Shown piece by piece: positions 49,520 to 60,374 of a DNA stretch of 64,000 bases. Position numbers and translations under genes: made by a program. A model generated the notes under the pieces. That model made no database searches, had not been told where the DNA came from, and saw only the letters and a list, made by a program, of their open reading frames with translations. Origin of the DNA: Lingula anatina (taxonomy: Eukaryota; Animalia; Brachiopoda); contig CM120643.1 of assembly GCA_051362555.1 (NCBI GenBank), forward strand, positions 27,408,848 to 27,472,847, in the 5' to 3' direction. Every line of letters begins with the position of its first letter. The first letter of the stretch is position 1.

Positions 49520-50815
49520 ACATTTAGTCTTATTAAAACAATATACAGCTTCTATATTTATGTTCATTTTCATATTTCTTTAGCCATGACTCTCACTTTG
49601 CTCACGTGGCCCCTGCGATTTGCAAGGCAGATTTGCGCATTTCCATTGCAGCCTTTCCTCTACTTCTACAACCTCCACGGCCTCCACTGCACCCAAATTG
49701 TCAGGGGACGTCCGGTAATGAACAAGGCTCTTCCAGCTTTGTTATAAACAAGGGAAATTGCCGAAAACAAGTTACAATACTTGTAGATATCTGCTGAGTT
49801 CAGCTTTGGTTGTGCAGGGAGCTATCTTCTAAAATATACATGTATTTTCCGCTGCATAATTTAGATGTAGAGCCCGTATTTCAGTGAGCACGTGCATGGA
49901 ATTCACCTGAAATGGTGTCGAGCTTCTTTGAAGCTAGATACAACATCTGCGACATTTAAGTTAATCATTTGAAGTATTGCAAAAGCGAACATCAACGCTA
50001 AATTTCGGTTCGGAGCAATAGTTGGTACTACGGGCCTGGCGTGGTACAAAGGCTGCGTCATAGAATCTTCCACCCACTTGGCCACCATGATGTCCACCAT
50101 GATGGAAAGAAGAAACTGAATGTCGTTGGTGATCTCCATTTGAAAGAGAGATTCTTTTATTTCTACAGTTTTATTTCATTTTAATTATCAAAAGGACCCC
50201 TAAATATAACATTTTTTCCTCAAAATTCACCACTTTTTCTTTCAGAGGATTCCCACCGTTTAACCTGAAATAATTGTATTTATTTATTTATTTATTTATT
50301 TATTTCTCTTGAAAAAAGAAAACTATTGGTGACCATGTACACGAAGAAACTAACTTACTAAAAATGTAGAGCTATGTATCTTAAATATGAAAATTAAGCA
50401 GTGTGTCTTCAGAGTGTTATAAATAAAATACACAACCAAAGCTTCATTCCTTTTAAACACAAACTATAGTCACTGTATGGTTAGTAAATACATACCAAGT
50501 GGCACTTTTTTTTTTTTTGTTGTTGTTGTGCCAAAACTAGGAAAGGTCATGATGTTTTCAGCATTTATTAAAACAATTTTCCTATAATATCCTAAATTTC
50601 ATTGCAATACTTTCAAAACTGTTGGCGTTATTGAACTTTGAACTTAGTAACCCAATAAAGTCAGTATCCCCACCCTTACCGCAGGTATGTAAGTCGTGAA
50701 AAGGGTGTGTATGAGCGCGCGCGCGTGTGAGTGTGTGTGTGCGTGTGTGAGAGATAGAGAGAGAAAGGGAGAGAGGGCGTGTGTGTGTGTGTCTGTGTGT
50801 GTGTGTGTGTGTGTG

Positions 50816-50854
<39 letters not shown>

Positions 50855-50857
50855 GGC

Positions 50858-50888
<31 letters not shown>

Positions 50889-50895
50889 TGTGTGC

Positions 50896-50934
<39 letters not shown>

Positions 50935-51016
50935 GGAAGAGGGAGTGAGTGCGAGCGCGTGAGATATTAAGTGGGCAAAGCGTGCATGTTTGATGAGAGA
51001 GAGAGTGTGTGTGTTA

Positions 51017-51065
<49 letters not shown>

Positions 51066-51175
51066 CGCTACTACGTATATTTTTTGTCAATGAATATTTT
51101 AGTTTGAATTCTGAATCTCTTATCTGTCCAGTATGAACTGTTTTTCAAACAAAAAAGATCTTTACAGGTTCTTAA

Positions 51176-51407
51176 ATACCTCCACCAAGGAGGTTATGGT
51201 TTCACCCCTGTTTGTTTGTCTGTCATCAACATAAATCAAAAAGTTATCGATGAATTTCGATGGAATTTTCAGGGTAGGTCAGAAATGGGTTAACTTAGAA
51301 GTGATTTGTTTTTGGTGGTGATCTGGATCAATAATCAATCAATAATCAATAATAATAAAAAATTGCTGCCTTGGCGGAGGTCTGCGCTCTCGGAGTGCTT
51401 TTCTAGT
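51176..51407 (+). mobile_element. Short complete HINE
   Basis: ACCTCCACCAAGGAGGTTATGG...CCTTGGCGGAGGTCTGCGCTCTCGGAGTGCTTTTCTAGTT. Absent from the paralogous site near 45942. Confidence 0.85.
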
Positions 51408-52186
51408 TGTTATATATAAAGCTCCAATATTCTAAAAGTGTTTCTTTGCTGGAAGATGCTAGAGTTTGTTCGTAGGAAAGGCAAAGGGGACAAAATTATT
51501 TGTAAAAACGGCGTAGCTTGACTGGTTTCATTTAAAACAAGCACATGATTGAAAATTTGTTTGGTTCTGTCTCGTCTCGCTTATTATCACTTTTTTCGGG
51601 GGGGGGGGGGGGTGGATTTGTAAACCTATTTGCAGACCGTTCAGTCAAATATATTTTTTATTCTCTGTTGTATGACGATCTATAACCCGGTTTTGATTTC
51701 TGTTTCTCATTTCTCCTGTCACGAATGATAATAATTATCATTTTATCTCTGTAAAAACACAAAGCTGTATATTTAGCAGTTTAAGGACATATATCCTGAA
51801 ATATAAGGCAGTTTATTTGAAGTGTGAAATGATACACGAAATCCAAGATTTGTCTTTTTACAGCCTTCTAAATATTTTGGTTCAGTATCTAATACAGGAT
51901 TTTCTCGCCAAAACAAATCACCCTACTCAAGAATCATAGCTTGACCCGTCTTTACGTTTGGACCATGTTTTGTTCCATTTCTAATTAATTATCTTAATCT
52001 CTAAGGAATCATGACTCACACATTGCAGTACGCTGTGTAATAACACTGCCCACTTTTTAATCATGATTCTTTTTATTCTAATCTAAGTTATTCATAGTCT
52101 AAGATATTAATTGAATTGTTACCCTGAACAACTTCGGAGATTTCTAAACGTTCTCTTAAGTTGCCAAGATGAGAGTTATATTAAAT

Positions 52187-53368
52187 TCACTCTACTGCAT
52201 CTTCATAATTAAAAAGTTTAAAATCTTGGCAGTAAATTCTCTTTAATTCTGCAATCTGCTGGAGCGACAGTGTTTTAAAGGCCTCTTTGACGTGTCCAAA
52301 TGTTTTTCGTTTCATAGAAGAAGGATAGAGAATTTTCTGGCGAATACCGACGTGTTTTGCTACTTGGTCAAGATCTTCGTCGAAGGTTTCCAATTTGCCT
52401 ATGATGTCATAGCGCACCTGGCAGGGAAAGCACTGTTCTGATATGGGCAACCAATGTATGTCCACAAAGCCATTAACTTTCCAGGTGCCATCTTTGGTAT
52501 GTTTTGAATGGTCAATGACAAACTGAATAAAATCCCGGAAGGGGAACAGTTGGGAGAGATTCTGGGAAGGATCTCGCGGAATCTCTGGGCGATGATACAG
52601 ACGCCGAACGCGACTGAAGAGGTACCAAGAAGATCTACTAACATCTGTACCTTCGTAGGAGAAAATTTGGAACATCATTCGATAATAGGAGACGAGACGC
52701 TCGAAAGGGTGTCGCACAAAAAGAACTTTAGTGTAATTTTCCAGCAGACGTTTTGTGGTTTCTTCAAATATCTTTATAGCTGGGGTGAGGTACTGGTATA
52801 GGGTTCTTTCTTCACGCCAGACTTGGTGAGCTTTGTTAGACATAAAATCCAAGTCCGAGGTGCTGTCTTTTTGTTTATTGGCTACAATGAACAATCGTTT
52901 GACATTTGTGGATCCTGCCTTAGGAATTTGACAGAAAAGAACCTTGTATTTGTCCTCAATTAGGAATTGGATTGGCACTACAAGTCTTTTACGCAGCAGT
53001 TCTGTTACAGCTTTGACGTCTGCATCTGGAGACGTGGTAAAGTTACAGGTTGATTTTACCATCTTGGCTCTTTTGTAAACGTCCTCTATCGAAGACAGTG
53101 TTGGGAGAGTGATGGTGCTTGAACCTGACCTTGGCCTCGTTTCAGATACATTGTCCCGAATCAAATCTGGTTTTGCTGTGTTGTTGACACCGGTTAAATT
53201 CCTTTTAACCGCCATGATGGAATGCCTTGCACCAACTGGAAGTGCATGTTTTCCATAGTACCTGGGCGATTCCAGCAGAGGTTTCCAGGTAAGAAACAAA
53301 GTAACATACAATATCAGTATTATCAACAATACTGTGAATACTGTTCCTGGTGACACCAGATGCCCCAT
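52187..53368 (-). CDS. Carbohydrate sulfotransferase (Sulfotransfer_2, CHST8-14-like), copy 3, 393 aa
   Basis: Same motifs as copy 2. Start moved from 53476 to 53368 (MGHLVSPG) because paralog homology begins there, directly after the acceptor tttttag|gtaat. Confidence 0.92.
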   Translation of the reverse strand: MGHLVSPGTVFTVLLIILILYVTLFLTWKPLLESPRYYGKHALPVGARHSIMAVKRNLTGVNNTAKPDLIRDNVSETRPRSGSSTITLPTLSSIEDVYKRAKMVKSTCNFTTSPDADVKAVTELLRKRLVVPIQFLIEDKYKVLFCQIPKAGSTNVKRLFIVANKQKDSTSDLDFMSNKAHQVWREERTLYQYLTPAIKIFEETTKRLLENYTKVLFVRHPFERLVSYYRMMFQIFSYEGTDVSRSSWYLFSRVRRLYHRPEIPRDPSQNLSQLFPFRDFIQFVIDHSKHTKDGTWKVNGFVDIHWLPISEQCFPCQVRYDIIGKLETFDEDLDQVAKHVGIRQKILYPSSMKRKTFGHVKEAFKTLSLQQIAELKRIYCQDFKLFNYEDAVE

Positions 53369-53855
53369 ATTACCTAAAAATATGTGAGTACTAATAACTA
53401 TGCTGTCACCTTGATTGGTTGTCGTAAAATCGCCACATGATTTAAAAAACAACCGGTGGATAGTCTTTAAAACCACATAAGACGATCTTAGAGTGCAATA
53501 CTAGTGTACCATAAAGCAAAGATCCTTTCAAAATCGGTAAAAGTATTCAAAATGAATGTCGTTAAATCCCCTTAGGGTCCCATAAAGGCAATAAAATATG
53601 CAGAGCTCTCTCTTTATGCAAAGGACAGCCCACGTGATACCTACAGGCGCTTGCGCAATATAGAACTTAACCGGAGCTTGGGGGCATCAGGCCTGCAGTG
53701 CATACTTAGCTGTGGAGCAGACAGCATGTAAAAATGGACAATTTTTATCGTGTAACTGGCTTTTTATCACGGAAATAAACAAATAATTGTCTCAAACTCT
53801 TCAGAACACCACCCGAGAGGTTCAGACGTGATAAATGGCTAGCAGCTACCAACAG

Positions 53856-54025
53856 CCCAGCGGGCAAATTATGTTGTTTTAACGTTGAAAGAGCGTTGAA
53901 CCATAACGTTGATAATAACTGAAAAATTGGATTAACATTGGATTTGAAAGTTGACTCAACCTCAGATAACAACGTTGTATCGACGTCAGATATCAACATT
54001 TTATCAACCCCAGTTGTTAGACAAC
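53856..54025. mobile_element. EnSpm/CACTA-like end fragment
   Basis: Starts CCCAGC, followed by repeated AACGTT/CAAC subterminal motifs. I did not find a matching far end. Confidence 0.4.
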
Positions 54026-54310
54026 ATTCTTGCATGAAAAGACATTAAAGCAATAATAACTCTTCCTTTGAGATTCAAAATTCCGCAAGAAATTCATTGT
54101 AAACAACGCATGGAAATATATTCTATTGTATTTTACCACTAAAACGGTCGTTATTGTAGTAAAACTAAAATCTGTGCTTGTCAATAGGGCTTTCGATGCC
54201 TTTCTTCCCGGTCGTTAAGGCATCCGTTGCCAATGACGTTGGGATGTCACGCGGATTCTCGCGTTCATTCGAGACCAAAATAACTTCTGGCGCGAAAAGC
54301 CTGATGTAAT

Positions 54311-56119
54311 ACGCAGACGTAGGTTGCGAGTTTTTGTACAGTGCGTTGGATAACGAAAAGCCCAGAATAGCACACATTGTAGATATAAATGCATTTTGAG
54401 CAATAAGACCAATATATCTTATGAATCTTATATTATTGTTATGTAGTGTTGTTGTTGTCTGCTTTTCCCGCGGTTTTAAGTAGGTCACCATAAACTATCG
54501 CTCGATATCGCGTGACTATGCAATGTCAGAGTGGGCTCCGTCAGTTAAAATCTCTTAAGAGATTTTAACAAAAAAACCAAACGTTTAGGAAAAAACCCTG
54601 GACTAACTTTGAATGCAGGAATGGGGTCGCTGACCATTGGTAAGTACGGGAAAGTTCCCGTGCACTCCAGGAAAATCCAATTTTTGGCCAAAATGAAGAG
54701 TTTTTATGACTTTAAAATGACCTGAAATGTTTTTATTTTTGGTACAAAACACAGGTACACAATTATAACGTACACTTTAAAAACATCCAAGTGCCTGCTT
54801 TGTCTGATTTTTTCAACGCATTTAGCTCCTAAGCATGTTTTGCACCTAAGCATAGTACACCCTTTTAGCCGGGGTGTGTTTAGCAGTACGCCATGATGTT
54901 TGATGGCTAAATGTATGTAGGGTACATGGGCGTAACTAGGCATACGCACGGATGCACTGTGCGTACAATTTTTTGGCCAACCATGATATTATTTTATATA
55001 AATTTAGTATATTTTTCACGGAATATAAAAGAAAATCCTCTGCTTATTAAAGTCACCTGTATGTACAAGTCCTCTGTATCAATTGTATAAGCACAATTGT
55101 TCTGACTCCCCCTCCCGTCTTGCAAACTGAGGTAAACAATGCCTGTAACCTTAACAAGTCCTATCTTAATCGTCCATCAAACTGAAACTTCCTTTACCTC
55201 TTAATTGGAGGGTTCAGTGGCCCTCAACTCTTCTGTACCCTCTTTCTTAAGAATATCTGGCGATATTTATCATAGGTAAAAATCTGCCCGAGTGTTATTT
55301 TCAAAGAGCAGCTCCCGCAACCCTGGGGGCACTAGATAAAATCTGGACACCACCAGGTTTAAGAAGGAGCTAGAGAAACAAAGGAAGAATTTTTCCTGCA
55401 AAGCTTCAAAGAATTTTGACACGGACTTGACCCAACTTACCCCTCCAAACTAACAGGGTGACATGGGCAATTTTTACAAACAAATAATTAAACTTAGATG
55501 TATCAGAGCTCTGTCGTGTCGTACAATTGGTTGTTTTTGGGAGCCATGCATCCACATGTAAGGTGAATGAAACCGTATGTTAGTTCAACTCAGAGGTGGA
55601 TCCAGGATTATTCAAAGGGGGTTCCACATATGCGAAGCTAGTCTCCTTTTAAATAAATATACCGTTCTGGGTAATAAGAATATTGAAAACTTTTGTAATT
55701 GCGAGAATATTTCTGACTAAATGACGATTTTATTATTAATGGAAATTAAAGTCATAATAACTCTTCATTTTGGCCAAAAATTGGATTTTCCTGGAGTAAA
55801 CGTCAATTTTCCCGTACTTACCAATGGTCAGCGACCCCATTCCTGCATTCAAAGTTAATCCAGGGTTTTTTTCCTAAACGTACGTTTTTTTGTTAAAATC
55901 TCTTAAGAGATTTTAACTGACGGAGCCCTCTCTGACATCGCATAGTCACTGTTGACCTACTTAAAACCGCGGGAAAAGCAGACAACAACAACACTATATG
56001 AGATTCATGAGATATATTCGTCTTTTTGTTAAAAATACATTAATATCCACAATGTGTGCCGTTCTGGGCCTTTTGTTATCCGACGCACTGTACAAAAACT
56101 CGCAACTTACGTCTGCGTC
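54311..56119. mobile_element. Two inverted copies of a TTAA-targeting (Kolobok-like) element end
   Basis: 54311-54715 is an imperfect reverse complement of 55746-56119. Both stop at TTAA|AGTCATAA, and each holds the 26-bp palindrome GTTAAAATCTCTTAAGAGATTTTAAC. Confidence 0.7.
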
Positions 56120-57873
56120 CGCATTAAAGGATTTGCTTCATGCCGTCAGAATGGCCTGAACGGAACATATTCTTCAGAAAACATGCCCAACTAACGATAT
56201 CTTTATCCAAATACACAAATTAAAAGCTCATTTTGTAAATTTTTGGCTTTAAAAAACGTCCTATTTGCTCGGCCTGAGAGTTAATGAGCTACGTTGTCAC
56301 GTGGTCTGATGACGACAATCGAGCCACTGGAGAATAGAGCGTGCTTAGCTGTTAAACTGAGCTGCATTGTCTACCTGTAAGATGACTTCTCTGGCTTCTG
56401 ATAAAAGTTTATACTCATTCAAATCTCTTACCCGAGGGGTCTAAATCCTCGTGAAGCTGTGTAAAACCATTTCCCGTCTAGTCAATTTTTTAACAAGCAT
56501 TTAATCATGGTTATCCCAAGTTGTATAAAACACTGCATTTGAATGAGTTAAGGGAAATGTTGATTATTGCATATGAGGTCCATGTTATTTGTGAAATTCA
56601 ATTTATTTTATTAAACGGCTGACACTCCGTCTTGCATACTTTTATTAAACTGAGGTAAACAATGCCCGTTACTTTTACAAGTCCTATCTTAATCATCCAT
56701 CTATCTGGAACTTCCTTTACCTCTTAATTAGAGGGTTAAATGGCATTCAATTTGTCTTGCTTGTATCGAACGCACTCTCTATCTAAGCTTTACTCCGGTT
56801 ATCTCAGGTAAAAATCTACCTGTGCGTTAGTTACAAAGAGCAGCTCCCGTAGGCCTGGGGGTACTAGATAAAATCTGAACACCGGGTTTATCGAGGAGCT
56901 AGAGAAAGAAAGGAAGAAATTTTCCTGCACAACTTCATAGGAATTTTAACACGGACTTGATCCAGCTTAGACCTCCAAACTAACAGGGTGACATGGGCAA
57001 TTTTCACACACAAATCATAAAACTATATTTCAGTAAACCGCCTTTAAAATAAATATACCGTTCTGGGTAAATTAGAATAGTTATTAAATCGCGAGAATAT
57101 TTTTGACTTAAATGATGATTTTATTATTAATGGAAATTAAGCTACTATATGAGGTACATTTGCTGTGATTACGCTGTCCTTCATGTTTTGCGTAAGTCTA
57201 CATTTTGCTGTATGTGCTTGTAATTTTTTAAAATATGTGCGTACAATTTATGCAGGTCTAGTTACCCCCCTGTTATGTGATGAGAGTATAAATTTGGCAA
57301 TTACTTCCTTAGCTTATTTAAATAGAATTGCAGTGTAAAATGTTCAACAAGATGTTGGCGAAATAGGCCATTACTCTTTGTAGGTATTTCCTCCGTCAAA
57401 GTTTGTCTAAAATTATCTTTCAATCTTTACTCTTTCAAAGACAGTATAAAGTTACCTGACATATTTTCGTGTAAACTTAATGACAAGCCAAGTGTCTCCA
57501 GTTCATTCCGTACTCAATTTTACCCAAGCAAATTTTTTTCTTGAGTAGATCTTTATAGCACGGTGTTATAAGCTTACAAATTTGCAAAAAAAAAAAAAAA
57601 AAAAAAATTGCGTTCTGACGCAGAATTTGCGTTTCAAGTTATAAAATGATCAATCTTTTAAATTATTTAATATTTCAGATGAAATAATCTTCAGAAACAA
57701 ATCCTCAATGCATAAACGAATTAGGATAACGAACCATTTTATTACAGCAGTTCCCATTTTTTCTTTAATATAACGCTCTTTTTCCTGTTTTTCCTTAACA
57801 CGTTTTCTTCCACGGAAGCTTCAAGATACCCTGAGAGCAATTTCTTTTATTAATGTTCGCGACCGTGTTAGAA

Positions 57874-58121
57874 CTTAATTGTTTAATTCAAATTCTTGTT
57901 TTTCTTTTTATCAAGAGCTTGTAAAATATGTGGGTATTACCTCCAATATTTCTGTGACTGTCAGGGTCCCTAGTCATTTACTCCCTGATGATGGTGACTG
58001 ACAGTCACAGAAATATTGGAGGTAATACCCACATATTTTACAAGCTCTTGATAAAAAGAAAAACAAGAATTTGAATATATACATACAGAGCTAATGAAAC
58101 TGTTCTCTCTTAATTGTTTAA
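57874..58121 (+). mobile_element. Penelope-like element footprint (inverted partial pLTR plus tail)
   Basis: 13-bp direct flank CTTAATTGTTTAA (57874-57886 and 58109-58121), perfect 79-bp inverted arms (57886-57964 / 57998-58076), a 32-nt unpaired tail and a hammerhead motif. Confidence 0.8.
57978..58025 (+). ncRNA. Minimal type I hammerhead ribozyme motif
   Basis: UUACUCC-CUGAUGA-U-G[GUGACU GAC AGUCAC]A-GAAA-UAUU-GGAG(G)UAA: stem I, core, stem II, GAAA and a palindromic AUAU mini stem III. The pair at the base of stem II is G-A instead of G-C. Confidence 0.68.
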
Positions 58122-58933
58122 GTATTGATATTTAACGTCATTTACAAATACCAATAAAATAACCCCATGAAATAAATGAGATATATTGAAAAATATGAAA
58201 GCCCACCAAGACGAGTTTCATACCTGTTATTACCTGGCTTGGGAATTGCAGCGGTGCATAATTAACAGGTTTTATTGTTAACGAGCTCTTGGTCAACTAC
58301 AATGAATTTAAAAATGCATCAGCAATTAGTAAGCTTGCCAACTGATGACAGTATCTAAAAGACTATCAGCTTTTGATATGATCTAAAACACCTGAGGTGA
58401 CCGAGATCGCGAGGATCGCAACTATTGTCACCAAAGTTAGCAAGTTAGTCACGGAAGACCGTCACAGATAAAGAAAGATAGTCAAGGAGTGCTGCAATTT
58501 TGGTGAATCCCACGGCAACACACTGAGGCATAAAGAAAATTGCTCAACTCCGTTCAACACAACTTTCCAAAATCATTCTGTCTGTTTGTACCATGCAGCT
58601 CAGTTGAGTCTCATAGACCTTTATCCCAATTGTCGTCACAGTACCACGTGACCCAGATCTGTTGCTTCATTTATGCATATAGGGACAGTCGGGCTGACGT
58701 CACACGCCTTAGCAACCGGCATCTGGGGTAAAACAAATCGGGCAACATGGCGGATCGCATTGACTTCTATGTAAAAGTTGGCAGACTTTGTCCGAAGATA
58801 TCATTCTTCACAGTGCTTGACCACTTGTGTCAGTGAGGATGAGTTATTTACCTGGTTGATTTCCTTTACAGGCTTTTGTAATTAGCAGCTGCACACCGGG
58901 TTAAGAGATAAAATCGTCCCTAATATAACTGCC

Positions 58934-60374
58934 GATCGTTATCTGTGATCGGGAATTTTACAGCAGAAGATTTTGCAAAGGCAGTGCTTGACCTTTTGTG
59001 TCGGACGCGTTGAATCATTTACCTGGTCTATTGAGTCAGCAGGCCTTTGTAATAAGCTACTGTTTAACTTGTTACGAGATAAAATTGGTCTTAACTGCAT
59101 ACGCAAATGTCCACAATAAGTACCTGTACATGTACATGAGGTAGTGAAATAGGAATGGCTTCTTAGAACGTGGATCGTAAGAAAGACCTGGGAAATGTGC
59201 AACACTGAGAAGTTACTAGAATAGGATTTCTACAAATTGTGATTAAATCACCTGCTGCTGCAATAGCCTGGGGAACGGGATAGGGGCAATGTCATCGGTC
59301 CCATGGCCTCTTTGGTCTGTATACAGTTCATATGTATATTAATGCAAGCCTGGAAGGACAGCATAAACAGTTGCTTGCCAACTTTTTGGAAGAGAAGACA
59401 CGTTGTGTTACCTGTATTAATATTGGCAGCTACGCATAATATTGGCACTCATATGAGTGTTTACAATCTTATTGTGCACTTTTCTGGCGAAATATCATGG
59501 AAGACAGAACGTTAAATTTCAAAACGTACAAGATTAAAATTAAATTGAATAACAAACACGGCAATAAAGCTGTATGTTATTTTACCAGTTAAGGTCGCTT
59601 TATCTATGGCAACTTTTTAAAAATTTTACTTTGATAACTTAAAGATTTAGACATTACCTCACAAGTTTGTCAATATATTGACGTACATATTTTTTCTTAC
59701 CTTTATGACGCCATCAATTGACTTACAGTACAACAAAAAAGTTTGACATTATAGTCCATTAATTTTAACTATAAGAATTGATATACCGTCACACATGCCA
59801 AAACAAGATGCAATCTCAATTTCTTGTAACTACTACTAATTAATTCCTGTAACAAATGAAAAACATAAATACCAAACAAGGTACAATGACTTTCTCCTTA
59901 TCTATAATAAAATGAACTATACACACATACACAAATCTTGTAGTGCATGTATAGCTACGACCAAATCTTGTTTCGATCAACAGTCTCGTCTTTAGTCACG
60001 TTTGCACGACCTTTAGCCTGCAACAGTCGTTTACTTTTCCGTTGATCTTTGAAATTTAACAAATCCCATTAGATTTTATTAATGTGTTGGTAGTGTCACC
60101 TGATACACAGCAAGCTTCCACCATTTAACTTTTGTACGTGCCTGAGAGTTAAACAGTACCGGTTCACTTCAGTAGACCTGCAAAATGTACCCGTCATATG
60201 TGTCTGCAATATGCAACGTCAACAGTTATTAGTACAATTGAAACCTTCCTTGATAATATCAGTTGCTTCCATATGGTTTTCTTTTCAATGAGATGTGAAT
60301 ATTATTCTCATCCAGGTAAGCAAATGAGTCTTTGCAATCTACTACTGTAAGATTCCTGATCACAGATAACGATC
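58934..60374. mobile_element. Non-autonomous DNA transposon with imperfect TIRs
   Basis: GATCGTTATCTGTGATCGGGAATTTTACAG... / ...CTGTAAGATTCCTGATCACAGATAACGATC. No clear TSD. Confidence 0.7.

Larger units (their letters stand above)
44225..52186. repeat. Local tandem segmental duplication around the sulfotransferase genes
   Basis: 44225-47523 aligns by eye with about 48371-52186. Shared parts are the gene 5' end, upstream DNA, a (TATT)n tract, a compound GT/GA microsatellite (45620-45860 vs 50705-51060) and the 3' flank of the next gene. The copies differ by insertions. Confidence 0.85.

Noticed and set aside
45560-51090. HT/LS/IY-rich ORFs (45560, 45873, 45931, 50644, 50696; also 15930, 15959)
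   Set aside because: Microsatellite translations.
36263-52801. Recurrent overlapping or antisense ORFs (MVNDKLNKIP..., MLVDLLG...)
   Set aside because: Shadows of the duplicated sulfotransferase coding sequence, with no independent evidence.
53369-53476. 36-aa N-terminal extension of sulfotransferase copy 3
   Set aside because: Non-ATG start, no paralog homology, and it crosses a conserved splice acceptor.
56304-58370. Other CTGATGA words (56304, 58342) as hammerheads
   Set aside because: No stem II followed by GAAA and no flanking stem I.
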